Assembly (NCBI GenBank): GCA_018823795.1
Contig: JAHJGZ010000007.1
Location: 1 to 63,906, forward strand
Direction: 5' to 3'
Length of the DNA stretch: 63,906 nt
Source of the DNA: Candidatus Omnitrophota bacterium
GTDB taxonomy: Bacteria > Omnitrophota > Omnitrophia > JAHJGZ01
Shown piece after piece: positions 29,273 to 39,314 of this stretch. The translations under genes and the position numbers were made by a program. Positions within the stretch are counted from its first letter, which is position 1. The number at the start of each line of letters is the position of its first letter. The notes under the pieces are model-generated. The model worked only from the letters and a program-made list of their open reading frames with translations. It had not been told where the DNA came from and did no database searches.

Positions 29273-30222
29273 AAAACCTCTTTATATAAAGTACTCCCGT
29301 CAGCAAATGGATCTTTTCGTGCTTTCCGGATACTTTCATCAACCTTATGTTTAATACACTCTTCGATTGAGAGTATTTCTTCTTCGGTATGTCCCGTTTT
29401 CTTTAATTTCTTCCGCTGTAAAAGTACAGGGTCTTTCTTCTGCCACTTTTCATATTCAGCTCTTGAACGATAGCCTGCATGGTAATCTTCATGAACACCG
29501 ACATGTTCGAGGTATCGATAACATTGCATATGGAGGAAAAATGGTCGAGGATTATTTTGAATATCTTTAATAGCTTTCGTTGCTATGGTATAAATTTCTT
29601 CCACATCCGTTGAGGCGGTGGTAACCGTCTCACAGCGGAACTGCTTCATAACCTCCACTATTGAATCAAATCCATATCGTTTTGAAGATGGATTATGAAC
29701 TGCATAGCCATTATCTTCACATACAAAGAGAATAGGAAGCTTCATAAGGCATGCTCCATTAACACTCTCCCAAAATGCGCCTTCATCAACCGCCCCATCA
29801 CCAAAAAATGCAGCAACTAACTTACCATTTTTAACACGCACATTAGCAAATGCAGCACCAACAGCAACAGGAATAATACTTGCGACAATTGCTGAGGTTC
29901 CCATAACGCCATGTTCCGGGGCGCACAAATGCATAGACCCACCTTTGCCGTGGAGTAATGCGGTTCCCTTGCCGTATATTTCGGCAAAAAAATCATCGGT
30001 ATTCTGCGTCTTCGCTAAATATAAGGCATGAGAACGATACGTGCCAAAAACCTGGTCCTTACTGTTTAACGCATGGCACATACCAACCGCAATTGCCTCT
30101 TGCCCCATCGACATATGCATGGGGGTCTTCATGTCATCTTCATGATAGCACTCAATAATTTTCTCTTCACTGCGTCTGATGAGATACAATTTTTTATACA
30201 GTTCAATATTTAATTTTGACAT
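29269..30222 (-). CDS. TPP-dependent dehydrogenase E1 alpha-like subunit
   Basis: H.S.GQEA, GKGGSMH, FFGDGA and YRYLEH motifs. Start set at MSKLNI. Confidence 0.88.
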   Translation of the reverse strand: MSKLNIELYKKLYLIRRSEEKIIECYHEDDMKTPMHMSMGQEAIAVGMCHALNSKDQVFGTYRSHALYLAKTQNTDDFFAEIYGKGTALLHGKGGSMHLCAPEHGVMGTSAIVASIIPVAVGAAFANVRVKNGKLVAAFFGDGAVDEGAFWESVNGACLMKLPILFVCEDNGYAVHNPSSKRYGFDSIVEVMKQFRCETVTTASTDVEEIYTIATKAIKDIQNNPRPFFLHMQCYRYLEHVGVHEDYHAGYRSRAEYEKWQKKDPVLLQRKKLKKTGHTEEEILSIEECIKHKVDESIRKARKDPFADGSTLYKEVL

Positions 30223-30263
30223 ACAATACACATTTCCTTTATCAGTATTGTTTTTTTTATCTC

Positions 30264-31256
30264 TTACCGTACAACGACCGCAGCCTTCCAAGGAAACAGT
30301 TTGAGTTGCTCGCGCCAATAATTAAGCAAATCTTCTAACGTTTGCTGAGGCAAAATCTCCGGTTCCCATCCGGTAATTTCCTTAAACTTTTCAATACAGG
30401 GAATTTGAAGAGTCACATCTGAAGGACGCAGCAACTTTTCATCGACAACAACGTTACACTTGACCCGTGCAAATGAGAGTAGAATATCCAATGCTTTTTG
30501 GATGGTCATGGTATGACTGCCGCCAATATTGTAACACTCTCCCGGCACACCATGCTGTATGAGTAACCAATATGCTTTCACCGCATCACGAACATCACAA
30601 ATAGTACGCACCGATTTTAGATTTCCTACAGAGATACACGGTTCCTTAAGCCCTAATTCAGCAGCTGCAATTTGATTTGCAAAATAAGATAACGCAAAAA
30701 CATCTCCTCGCCGGGGCCCGGTATGAGTAAACATTCGTGTTCGAATAGTCTTCATACGATACGAAAGCCAATACTGGAGCGCTACCATATCTTCACCAAC
30801 TTTACTAACACCATATGGCGACGCTGGCCTGAGGGGGCAGTCCTCTTTAATCGGCACATCTTCTTCCCTTACTTGCCCGTATACTTCTGATGATGAACAA
30901 ATATGTATACGAGGGTTAAGCTTTAGAATTCGAAGAGCTTCCAACAGGTTAGCTGTTCCAATAACATTTGTCCACAATGTTTGAAAAGGTACGTTAAAGC
31001 TTGCTACGACATAACTTTGAGCTGCCAGATGAAAGATAATATCCGGCTTAATAGTTTTCAATTCGTGTATTAAAGAACCGAGGTCGCAGATATCTGCATT
31101 AAAAAGCATTATTTTTTTATATATATTGGCAAGATTTTCCCGCGAACTGCGCCATCGGCACAATCCATAAATATCATGTTTTTCATTGAGTTGGATAATA
31201 TATTCTGCTAAATGGCTTCCTACAAAACCAGTGATTCCTGTTATCAAAATACGCAT
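30264..31256 (-). CDS. gmd: GDP-mannose 4,6-dehydratase-like
   Basis: GITGFVG, HLAAQSYV, SSSEVYG, SPYGVSK and GNL..R motifs. Confidence 0.8.
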   Translation of the reverse strand: MRILITGITGFVGSHLAEYIIQLNEKHDIYGLCRWRSSRENLANIYKKIMLFNADICDLGSLIHELKTIKPDIIFHLAAQSYVVASFNVPFQTLWTNVIGTANLLEALRILKLNPRIHICSSSEVYGQVREEDVPIKEDCPLRPASPYGVSKVGEDMVALQYWLSYRMKTIRTRMFTHTGPRRGDVFALSYFANQIAAAELGLKEPCISVGNLKSVRTICDVRDAVKAYWLLIQHGVPGECYNIGGSHTMTIQKALDILLSFARVKCNVVVDEKLLRPSDVTLQIPCIEKFKEITGWEPEILPQQTLEDLLNYWREQLKLFPWKAAVVVR

Positions 31257-31331
31257 AACTTCTTTCTCCCCTTTTAATTATATTAAACAGTCGATTCTCT
31301 TTGAGTTATAAATGATATTCTAAGCCTTGCT

Positions 31332-31359
31332 ATTATACAAAACACACGTATCTTATCAA
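31332..31359 (-). promoter_or_regulatory. Putative sigma70 promoter of sugar cluster
   Basis: TTGATA-16 nt-TATAAT. Confidence 0.5.
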
Positions 31360-31426
31360 GAAATAATATAGAATGCTCGCAACAGTTGCTTTCAGAACAT
31401 ATTATGATGTTTTAGGATAAAACTGA

Positions 31427-33487
31427 TTATTTGACTTCACTGAAGGACGGTGAGCCTGTTTGACCATAGCTGAGAGCTCCTATTTTCTCCCTCTCTTTTT
31501 CTCCCCTTTCAATCTGCCGGAGCTGTTCATAACAATAGGCAAGATTACTGCGGGCAACGCATACGTACGGATCAACAGATAAGACTTTTTGATAAAAATG
31601 AGCTGCTTCCTCAAAAAGGTAATTAAGCCGATAGACAGATGCTAAGCGAAATAATGCCTTCGTATCTGAAGGATTTGTCTTGATTCGCTCTACATACATT
31701 TCAATAACATCCTTTTGGCTGCTATGCTGATACAGAAAATCGGCAAAATATCGCGCAAGAGAGCTAAACGTAGGCTTTAACGACAATGCCTTTCGTATGT
31801 TTTCCTCAACGAGAACATAATCATTCTTTGCTATATAGACATGAGCTAAAAAGAAATAAAAAATGTGACAATCAGGAAATAAATCAATACCAAGGTGACA
31901 CACATTACGCAATTTTTCAAATTCATATACCCGGCTGTAAATAATAGCAAGGTTAATATATGAATTAGGCTTTAGTGCAATGTGTCCCCATTTTGATTCG
32001 AGTATTGCTATTGCTTGCGTAAGGAGATGGGCGGCGGCATCCAAATGGCCCTTCTGTGCATATTGAATGGCCAAATCATTGCGAAATTCACTGCTGTACG
32101 GAACGTGCTCCAATACTTTTTGATTGTAATCTATTGCATTCGTCCAGACAATATTGTAATACATAGTTAAAAAAGAAAAAAGAAGCACAACACTAATAAA
32201 AAACCATACGCGTATATTTTGCACAATTTTTTTTAATGAATCCTTTGTAACAACCGTATCAGAATAAAAGAAAAGGCGACCGATAACGATACAAAACCCC
32301 ACTAACGGGATATGCAAAAATTGTTTGCCAACAAAAAATGTATATGGCGCGATTTGTCGCCATAACGGGATAACATTAGAGGCAGGAAAATATGTAATAA
32401 GAAACCAGCCAATGCCAAAAAAGATCACCTTATCACGCCGCCAACTCAATCGCATAACACTCAAAAGGATAATTAAAAAAAACAAGGACATCCAAAACTC
32501 TTTTCCAAACGGAACGGTTACGAGCGGTATATAACGCCAATAATAATAGACAGGAAAAGGGAAAATTATCGTTTTGATCTGGGAAATAAGGATCGTGACA
32601 ACCGTAAGCATTCTCAGATAAAAATAGGGAATACAAAAAGCACTCTTTACCATGTCTCCCATTCCAACGCTTACAGCGTTTCGTCGTATAATAAGATAGA
32701 GAATGAAAATAAAAAAAAATGAGCTATACGTACCCGCCTGTCTGAACCACTGATGATACAACCTTTTCTTTTGGTTCGGATGAGAATGGTTACTTGCATC
32801 CGGATTATCCGGTGGAAAACAAAGGTCATATACTATGAGGAGAGCAGGAATGACGATCCCTATTTCTTTAGAAAGCAGTGCACAGAAAAAAGAACTTAAC
32901 GATACAAGAATATAAATGTTTTTTCGAACAATAGAATTCGCACCCCTGAAGTACGCATATGAAACAACAGATAAAAGTATAAAAACAAGACAGAGCAAAT
33001 CGGTCCGACCTGACAATGAGGCAATATGCGGTGACTGAAGTGGATGAGTAAGAAAAATAGTTGCCGCAATAAATGAAAAAAGAACCCGATTGAAAATACA
33101 CTGTAGAAAAAGAAAGAAAAGAATCACACTGACCACATGGAGCAGGATATTCGTGAGATGGTACCCAAACGGAACAAGGTGCCAGATGGTGTAATCAAGC
33201 AAATAACTCATAATGATCAAGGGGCGGTAATACAGGTGCTTAAAAAAAACGTAATCCCGCATACCGCCACTATCAAAAAAAGGGAGGGAAAAGAGTCGGG
33301 CACTATTGGCGAGTGAAAAATTATAAATATTAGAGTTCTCGGTAATAAGGGAAAAATCGTCTCCGATAAATTCACCGTCAAGACTATTATAATAGAGCAT
33401 CCCGCCAAGAAGAATAAAAAAAATTATACAATAAAAGAGCTGACGGTTCCGGGAAATTTTTAACGGTGAAAAGATGTGAGCAAACAT
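31427..33487 (-). CDS. TMTC-like GT-C glycosyltransferase with TPRs
   Basis: FIGDD, YYRP, GYHLTNILLH, HP..SGR and LSKE motifs; C-terminal TPRs. Confidence 0.8.
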   Translation of the reverse strand: MFAHIFSPLKISRNRQLFYCIIFFILLGGMLYYNSLDGEFIGDDFSLITENSNIYNFSLANSARLFSLPFFDSGGMRDYVFFKHLYYRPLIIMSYLLDYTIWHLVPFGYHLTNILLHVVSVILFFLFLQCIFNRVLFSFIAATIFLTHPLQSPHIASLSGRTDLLCLVFILLSVVSYAYFRGANSIVRKNIYILVSLSSFFCALLSKEIGIVIPALLIVYDLCFPPDNPDASNHSHPNQKKRLYHQWFRQAGTYSSFFFIFILYLIIRRNAVSVGMGDMVKSAFCIPYFYLRMLTVVTILISQIKTIIFPFPVYYYWRYIPLVTVPFGKEFWMSLFFLIILLSVMRLSWRRDKVIFFGIGWFLITYFPASNVIPLWRQIAPYTFFVGKQFLHIPLVGFCIVIGRLFFYSDTVVTKDSLKKIVQNIRVWFFISVVLLFSFLTMYYNIVWTNAIDYNQKVLEHVPYSSEFRNDLAIQYAQKGHLDAAAHLLTQAIAILESKWGHIALKPNSYINLAIIYSRVYEFEKLRNVCHLGIDLFPDCHIFYFFLAHVYIAKNDYVLVEENIRKALSLKPTFSSLARYFADFLYQHSSQKDVIEMYVERIKTNPSDTKALFRLASVYRLNYLFEEAAHFYQKVLSVDPYVCVARSNLAYCYEQLRQIERGEKEREKIGALSYGQTGSPSFSEVK

Positions 33488-33501
33488 AGAAACTTCAAGC
33501 C

Positions 33502-34461
33502 TTATCCTTTGAACAAGAGTACCAATTCATGAAATATAGTTTTATCAATCTTTCCTTCAAATTCTTTATGCATAACTTCTATTGAATGAAAGGTATCAGC
33601 CGCTTCTTTATAGGGCCGGTTAGTATTGAGTGCATCAAAAATATCGGCAATACAAACAATTTTCGCATAGAGCGGAATGGCACGCTCTTTCAACCCATCA
33701 GGATAGCCAGAACCATCCAGCTTTTCATGATGATAGTTAATCACCTGCAAGATATCACTATGAAGATTTTGATATTTCTTGATGAGACCGACACCCCGTT
33801 GCGGATGTTCTTTAATGATCTCCCATTCTTCATCGGTCAGCTTGCCTTTTTTCAGTAAAATTTCAGGTGAAATAGTTTTTTTACCGATATCATGTAAAAG
33901 TGCACCGGTTCCTAAATTGGCAAGTTTATAGGGTGAGTGTATATCCATGCGCCGAGCCAGTGAAAGAGCATAAATACACACATTGATCGAATGAGTATAC
34001 GTATAATAGGTATGCGGCACGAAGCTAATAATATTGAAAAAAAAGTTTCGCTCTTTGAGGATGTACTGGACGGTATTTTTGATAAAGTCCCGTACTCGAT
34101 CAATCATGGCACCGTTCAGTGTACCTTCCATGACCTCCTCCATAAGATCACGTGCTGCCTGGTAAACAATACGAGCCTTCTCGTCCGAACGCAATTCAAC
34201 ATTTTCAACAATCTGATGTAAATGCGTCTCAATATACTGTTGATACTGCCTCCGTTCATGCGCCGTAATAAAGAGCAAAGAAATACCATTTTCGATAAGC
34301 AGGTGACGTCCTTTTTTACTAAATCCGGTTTGGTGTGGATGATACAAAACATAGGAATTCTGAATGCGGTCATACAGATAAAGATTAAAATTGAGAACGG
34401 TATTGGTAATAAGCGATTCTAAAAAGATAGGGATGAACTGCTCTTGTGCCTGTTCATTCAT
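33502..34461 (-). CDS. HD-GYP cyclic-di-GMP phosphodiesterase
   Basis: LLHDIGK, HHEKLDGSGYP and DIFDAL..RPYK motifs. Confidence 0.92.
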   Translation of the reverse strand: MNEQAQEQFIPIFLESLITNTVLNFNLYLYDRIQNSYVLYHPHQTGFSKKGRHLLIENGISLLFITAHERRQYQQYIETHLHQIVENVELRSDEKARIVYQAARDLMEEVMEGTLNGAMIDRVRDFIKNTVQYILKERNFFFNIISFVPHTYYTYTHSINVCIYALSLARRMDIHSPYKLANLGTGALLHDIGKKTISPEILLKKGKLTDEEWEIIKEHPQRGVGLIKKYQNLHSDILQVINYHHEKLDGSGYPDGLKERAIPLYAKIVCIADIFDALNTNRPYKEAADTFHSIEVMHKEFEGKIDKTIFHELVLLFKG

Positions 34462-34556
34462 GGGACAATACGATACGTTGGTGTAGTATACATGACAAAT
34501 TTATTTATAACGATCTATTATACGCAACAATATGCTTTGCCGTAACCTTTGCATAC

Positions 34557-34594
34557 AAAACTGGCTAGTAACTTAAAAGATACTAGCCAGTTTT
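34557..34594 (-). terminator. Intrinsic terminator after major pilin
   Basis: AAAACTGGCTAGTA..TACTAGCCAGTTTT hairpin. Confidence 0.75.
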
Positions 34595-34631
34595 TATTCT
34601 TCTATAAAAAATTTAAATTTCTAATTAACTA

Positions 34632-35099
34632 CTAAAATTGATTTTCAGCATTAGTGCTTGTATTAGCGTAAAAAATACCTGTTGTTGAGCAATATGCCCA
34701 CCCTGCACTTGTTCCAGAAATAGAACGACTATTTGCATTGGGAACATCTACGGCAACGATAAAGTTTCCGACTGCAGCCGCTGCAAGCGGATTTGCAGGC
34801 ATTTTAGAATCTAATGGACAGGTATCAAGTGAAACGCCTGACGCTGTTGACGATGCTGCAAGTTCCGCATATAACGGCCAATAATTACCATCTTTTATTG
34901 CACTTGTACCCGTTATTAGATTATTAGATTTTGCAATAGACAGTGCTGAACGTACGTTACCAGAAGTCCCTTTTACAGAAGCTAATGATGCTTCCTCCCG
35001 GATGTCTGCAAATTTTGGTATAGCAACAGCAGCTAATATACCAATGATGATAAGCACAATGACCAACTCAATTAAAGTAAAACCTTTCTTTCCTCTCAT
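34632..35099 (-). CDS. Major type IV pilin (MshA/PilA-like)
   Basis: Short leader MRGKKG|FTLIELVIV..AVAIPKF; AGGAGG RBS; own promoter and terminator. Confidence 0.88.
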   Translation of the reverse strand: MRGKKGFTLIELVIVLIIIGILAAVAIPKFADIREEASLASVKGTSGNVRSALSIAKSNNLITGTSAIKDGNYWPLYAELAASSTASGVSLDTCPLDSKMPANPLAAAAVGNFIVAVDVPNANSRSISGTSAGWAYCSTTGIFYANTSTNAENQF

Positions 35100-35169
35100 A
35101 GTCTCCTCCTTTGATTGTTTGATTGTTCTTTTTTTTCTATTATTATAATTTTTTGATCTCTATAGGTAA

Positions 35170-35198
35170 AGTATAATGCAATCTTACAAAAATTACAA
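35170..35198 (-). promoter_or_regulatory. Putative sigma70 promoter of major pilin
   Basis: TTGTAA-17 nt-TATACT. Confidence 0.5.
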
Positions 35199-35304
35199 CT
35201 AATAAAATGTCTTTGTTGAATATTTAAAATATCGCGTTAAAAATCGCACAATGTTCACACCCACAGCTTTAAAGTACTTAACGGCATATTGTTCAATAAA
35301 CTTT

Positions 35305-35409
35305 ACCCCGTGAGAGTGTGATCCTAAAAAGGATATCTATACTAAAAAAATATTCATGATGTGACGTCATGTAATAAATCTATTTAAAAAAGTCGCTCTC
35401 TAACGGGGT
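35305..35409 (+). mobile_element. MITE-like unit (105 bp), intergenic, inverted relative to pilin-leader copies
   Basis: ACCCCGTGAGAG...CTCTAACGGGGT ends; interior homologous to 39113-39221; TTTAC at both junctions. Confidence 0.75.
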
Positions 35410-36975
35410 TTACTTATAATAGGCAATAACGAGGCGCGGCCTGACATCGGGTGTAAGAGGATTATTGTCTGGATCTGGGTTGCTTTCCTGGGATTTAAAC
35501 GCATAGTAATCATCCACGCTAGCACTTTCATCGGTTATTCGGACCAAGAAACCATAATTGCTCCAATCGCCGATCACCCACTTTTGTACCGCTACAGTAA
35601 CATCAAAGCTGAGATACGCTGGTGGCGACGAAGCAAAATATTGTTCGCCTTGTTTATCACTATAATCATCATCCACATCAGTCCACGCATGGTTAGTTGA
35701 ACTTTCATTCCAGTTACCACCGGTAAACCGATGGACCTCAACGGTATCAGACCCAGCTATATGATCAGTATCGTTAAATAATATTAATTCAGCAAAGACC
35801 ACTTTTGAACTACTCGTCAAACCAGGAGGCTTCCCTGCTCCTGTTAAATCGAATTTCAATAAAGCCCGACATGATGTTACGCCAGACCCGAGATCTGCTC
35901 TGCCAACAATAAGATATTCATACGGGTCTCCACCTCCCACTGGGCTTTCTGGGTCATAGGGATCAAGATAATTATAATCGTTACCGGGAAAATCAACCAT
36001 TTTATCCTGATGTACTTCTGCAGTCGTATCGCCTGTTTCCCGCAAACCATACGCTGGTGCAATAACCGGGTAGACAATATTGAATTTTTGGCGTTCGGAT
36101 GTTGGAGAAACAAAAATATAGGTTGACAATACATTGTGGAGCGCACCACCCTCTTCTCCCTGCCAGTAAGGGTCAAACCGATTGGTATTCCATGGTGTTA
36201 ATGGTGTTATCTGTAACCGATGATATCCGTAGGGGACATTATCAGCAGTAAAATATTTGGTAGGACCACCGCCTGCGTCAGTCATAGCCTGCGTCTGATA
36301 GATCAAGTCGGTCTGCGCAATACTCGGATCAAAGACAGGTGGATGATACAGACAAACCGTTAAATCAGTATCATCAAGAATAGTATGTCCCCACTGAGGA
36401 TCTAATACCCCGAATGTCGTAGTATTAACAAAATAATCATCAGTATTACCGGTAACCGTTGCATTACCAGAAACGCTCGCATCAACAATACGAACCGCAA
36501 TATCACAACCGGTACGATACGCTTCTGTTATCGAAATAGACCTGTCAGCATCATCACCCGTACCAGCGGCAAGCTTATCCCGCCCAAGACTTGTAATCGT
36601 ATAATTGCCTCCACCACTAGCTAAACTAATCGTACCATACGCATCTTCCTCAGCCAATGAACTACCATCCGACCTTTTAAAGGCATCCACATCCGCCATA
36701 AGGGCGTTGATCTCTGTAGTCCCGGGAAACGTCGTTGCCTCTGAAAAATTACCGGTGTTACTACCCGCATCATTGTGACACAAATATCGATGTCCTATGA
36801 GGCGGGCTTCGACACCGCGCAGCCGCTGCCATGATAATTGTCCACGCTCCGCTGAAACAACCTCATTTAATAAGTACATTGACGTAGACAACACTATCGT
36901 AGATAAAACTATCAAAACGATGATACTTACTAAAACAAATCCTTGTTTTTTTATGCTCCTATGACTTTTATTCAT
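35410..36975 (-). CDS. Minor pilin/adhesin with C-terminal DNRLRE-like domain
   Basis: KKQG|FVLV hydrophobic N-terminus; C-terminal RALLKFDL..FDVT.AVQ.W..NYGFL..PRLVIAY. Confidence 0.65.
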   Translation of the reverse strand: MNKSHRSIKKQGFVLVSIIVLIVLSTIVLSTSMYLLNEVVSAERGQLSWQRLRGVEARLIGHRYLCHNDAGSNTGNFSEATTFPGTTEINALMADVDAFKRSDGSSLAEEDAYGTISLASGGGNYTITSLGRDKLAAGTGDDADRSISITEAYRTGCDIAVRIVDASVSGNATVTGNTDDYFVNTTTFGVLDPQWGHTILDDTDLTVCLYHPPVFDPSIAQTDLIYQTQAMTDAGGGPTKYFTADNVPYGYHRLQITPLTPWNTNRFDPYWQGEEGGALHNVLSTYIFVSPTSERQKFNIVYPVIAPAYGLRETGDTTAEVHQDKMVDFPGNDYNYLDPYDPESPVGGGDPYEYLIVGRADLGSGVTSCRALLKFDLTGAGKPPGLTSSSKVVFAELILFNDTDHIAGSDTVEVHRFTGGNWNESSTNHAWTDVDDDYSDKQGEQYFASSPPAYLSFDVTVAVQKWVIGDWSNYGFLVRITDESASVDDYYAFKSQESNPDPDNNPLTPDVRPRLVIAYYK

Positions 36976-37096
36976 ATCGTATTTATCTCATTATCCCCCT
37001 TGAGAAAGCATCTTTTCGTACAGAACATAATGACTCCCACTTTTATTAATAAGTTATATGGTACAAGAAATAACACTCGCCCTTAGAACTTAAATT

Positions 37097-38350
37097 TCAA
37101 TTGAGTATTACATCATAGCTTCCCGTTTCATCCGGCGACAACACGCCCGGTAGCCGCACTTCAAAGCACTGGGTCACATTCAATCCACGGGGATATACCG
37201 TAATCACTTTTTGGATATATGTTTCGCCATTCCCCGCAAGGTCATCAAGACCGGCTAAATCATCTTGATGGCAAAATTCGCCCTGCTGCGCCGAACCTTT
37301 TGGCGTTGGTACAACCGATACTAAATAAAATCCTGCGGGGAGATTAATAACCCTCACCGCACCTGAATCATACGTTATATCGGTACCCGCCGGCCCTCCG
37401 GCAGCTCCACCACCTGCATTTGATACAAAATAGTAGTGAGCGTTAGAACCAAAAGTAGTTATGTCTACCCGATATATCTGATGAAAATAGTAAGCAGTCT
37501 CTGCTGCATGATTTAATCGGAGTAATGTTCCGTTGGCATCTTTGATAAAGATTGCTATTTTATTTCTCGTATAGGCATAGGTACTAGTATCCATTAGATA
37601 GGTAATATTCTGCTCAAAACGGTCGGCACCCCCACCATCGGTTAATGAGCCAGTAGGGGGTATACTGTAATACCCGTCACTTCCGTAACTTTCAATTTTA
37701 CGTTCATAATCACTACCAAACTCATTCCATCGAAACCGATATTCCTTTCCCCATTCATCCATTAAAAAATCGTGTATACCTGCCTCGGTAATCCCCTTCG
37801 GTTCTGCCGTTAATTCATACATTACAAGCGCAACTCCATCCCGATCATCACCTGCCGGCCAACCATGATGCAGCCCAAAATAGCCAAAACCTGCCTGATG
37901 GCCAGTCTGAACTTCTTCAGGCTCTCCTACCATTGCATGAGCTACTTTTTCCATCTACGTCATCGTCTTTTTGTATCTATTCGCATCAATCAAGTCATGC
38001 GATAATGACGCACCCGCAAGAAGAACCACGGTCATAATGACAAATCCTATAAGTAATTCTAAGAGGCTGAACCCCGTTAGAGAACGATCTTTAAATAAAC
38101 ATTTTTTACCTACAATAATATTATGAATATTTTTTTTAGTGGAGACACTCTTTTGGCAAGGGGTATACTCTAACGGGGTGAACCCGGTTAGAGAACGATC
38201 TTTAAAGAAAGATTTTGTAAATCTCATAAGACTATAACTATTTTTTTTAGTATATACCCTTTTTTTACTAGGGACGCACTCTAACGGGGTGAACCCTATT
38301 ACAGCGCGTTTTTTAATAACAAGATTTTGTAAAGTATCTGTTTTCATCAT
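37097..38350 (-). pseudogene. Prepilin-like gene interrupted by in-frame TAG (37955-37957)
   Basis: ORFs 37955-38500 and 37097-37954 are in the same frame and abut. GFSLLEL...YKKTMT*MEKV aligns with paralog YKATVKEMKQ. Likely start at MMKTDT. Confidence 0.75.
38071..38290 (-). mobile_element. Two tandem 109-bp MITE-like units (38071-38179, 38182-38290) in a prepilin leader
   Basis: Terminal inverted repeats ACCCCGTTAGAG/CTCTAACGGGGT; 111-bp period equals 37 codons. Confidence 0.8.
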
Positions 38351-38357
38351 GAACTCA

Positions 38358-39266
38358 CTATATCTCAAGAGCATTAAGAGCGCCCGGTAAACGCATAACA
38401 ACAACATGAACCCGACTTGCTCCTTTTGGATAGACAACAATATCTTGAGAAAAAGTAGTATTCCCTTCATTAAGACAATTTTTCCAATTAGTACCGCCAC
38501 TGCCCGAATTATCCTGAACCGTAACGACCACGGGATGTGTTCCTACATCAACACCCGTTACACTAAAGATACCCGCACTATATGCTGCAGCCCCACCAGA
38601 CAACGTTACCGAGGTTATCTGGTAATTCGATTGAGTATCATTCCCCCGCAAAAGGTTTCCTTTTATATCGTATACCATAATCCTTACAATGTTGTTTGTA
38701 TATAACAACTTATTAATGGTAAGGACGATATCTTCATCGAAAGGATCACCGCTCGCTGCACCATCAAGGCCATCCCGCCCACGACTGGTCACCGTAATCA
38801 GGCCAGCTGCATCAGCATACACATAATCCCTTCCCCATGCATCTTTATCATAGTCAGTATTTGCACGAAAATAACTTGAAATATTACTTAATGCAGCCGG
38901 CCAAGAACCATTATCTCCCACATAGCCAAAATCTACCCGCTGTTTTCCTTCAACCGCATTCTCATCGCCGACCAAAGCTTTCTTTATCTGTTTCATTTCT
39001 TTTACTGTTGCTTTATACTTGGATACTTCAACACTATCCCCCATACCCCGGATACCGACCGCACCAACAATACCAATAATAACAAGGACTAAAATAAATT
39101 CTATAAGGGTGAACCCCGTTAGAGAACGACCTTTTAATAAATATTTCTTACCGACAATAACATCGTGAATATCTTTTTTAGCATAGATATTCTTTTGAGG
39201 GAGATTACACTCTAACGGGGTGAACCCCGTTAAGGAAAAAACTTTTTTCTTCATCAGCTGTTTCAT
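38358..39266 (-). CDS. Prepilin/GspG-like pseudopilin with repeat-expanded leader
   Basis: SLTG|FTLIEFILV, DFGY and DAWGRDY motifs. Confidence 0.8.
   Translation of the reverse strand: MKQLMKKKVFSLTGFTPLECNLPQKNIYAKKDIHDVIVGKKYLLKGRSLTGFTLIEFILVLVIIGIVGAVGIRGMGDSVEVSKYKATVKEMKQIKKALVGDENAVEGKQRVDFGYVGDNGSWPAALSNISSYFRANTDYDKDAWGRDYVYADAAGLITVTSRGRDGLDGAASGDPFDEDIVLTINKLLYTNNIVRIMVYDIKGNLLRGNDTQSNYQITSVTLSGGAAAYSAGIFSVTGVDVGTHPVVVTVQDNSGSGGTNWKNCLNEGNTTFSQDIVVYPKGASRVHVVVMRLPGALNALEI
39113..39235 (-). mobile_element. 109-bp MITE-like unit (39113-39221) plus adjacent lone end
   Basis: Same terminal inverted repeats; junction palindrome TCTAACGGGGTGAACCCCGTTA. Confidence 0.8.
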
Positions 39267-39314
39267 GGATCTTTTTATATTTTTTATTGTTTATAAATTG
39301 CGTGTATCTTTTTT

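Noticed and set aside
26446-30222. Housekeeping pyruvate dehydrogenase/transketolase
   Set aside because: No E2/E3 genes, and the subunits are embedded among nucleotide-sugar enzymes.
38351-38500. 5' extension of ORF 37955-38500
   Set aside because: It overlaps the upstream pilin's 3' end; the ATG at 38350 or 38347 is more plausible.
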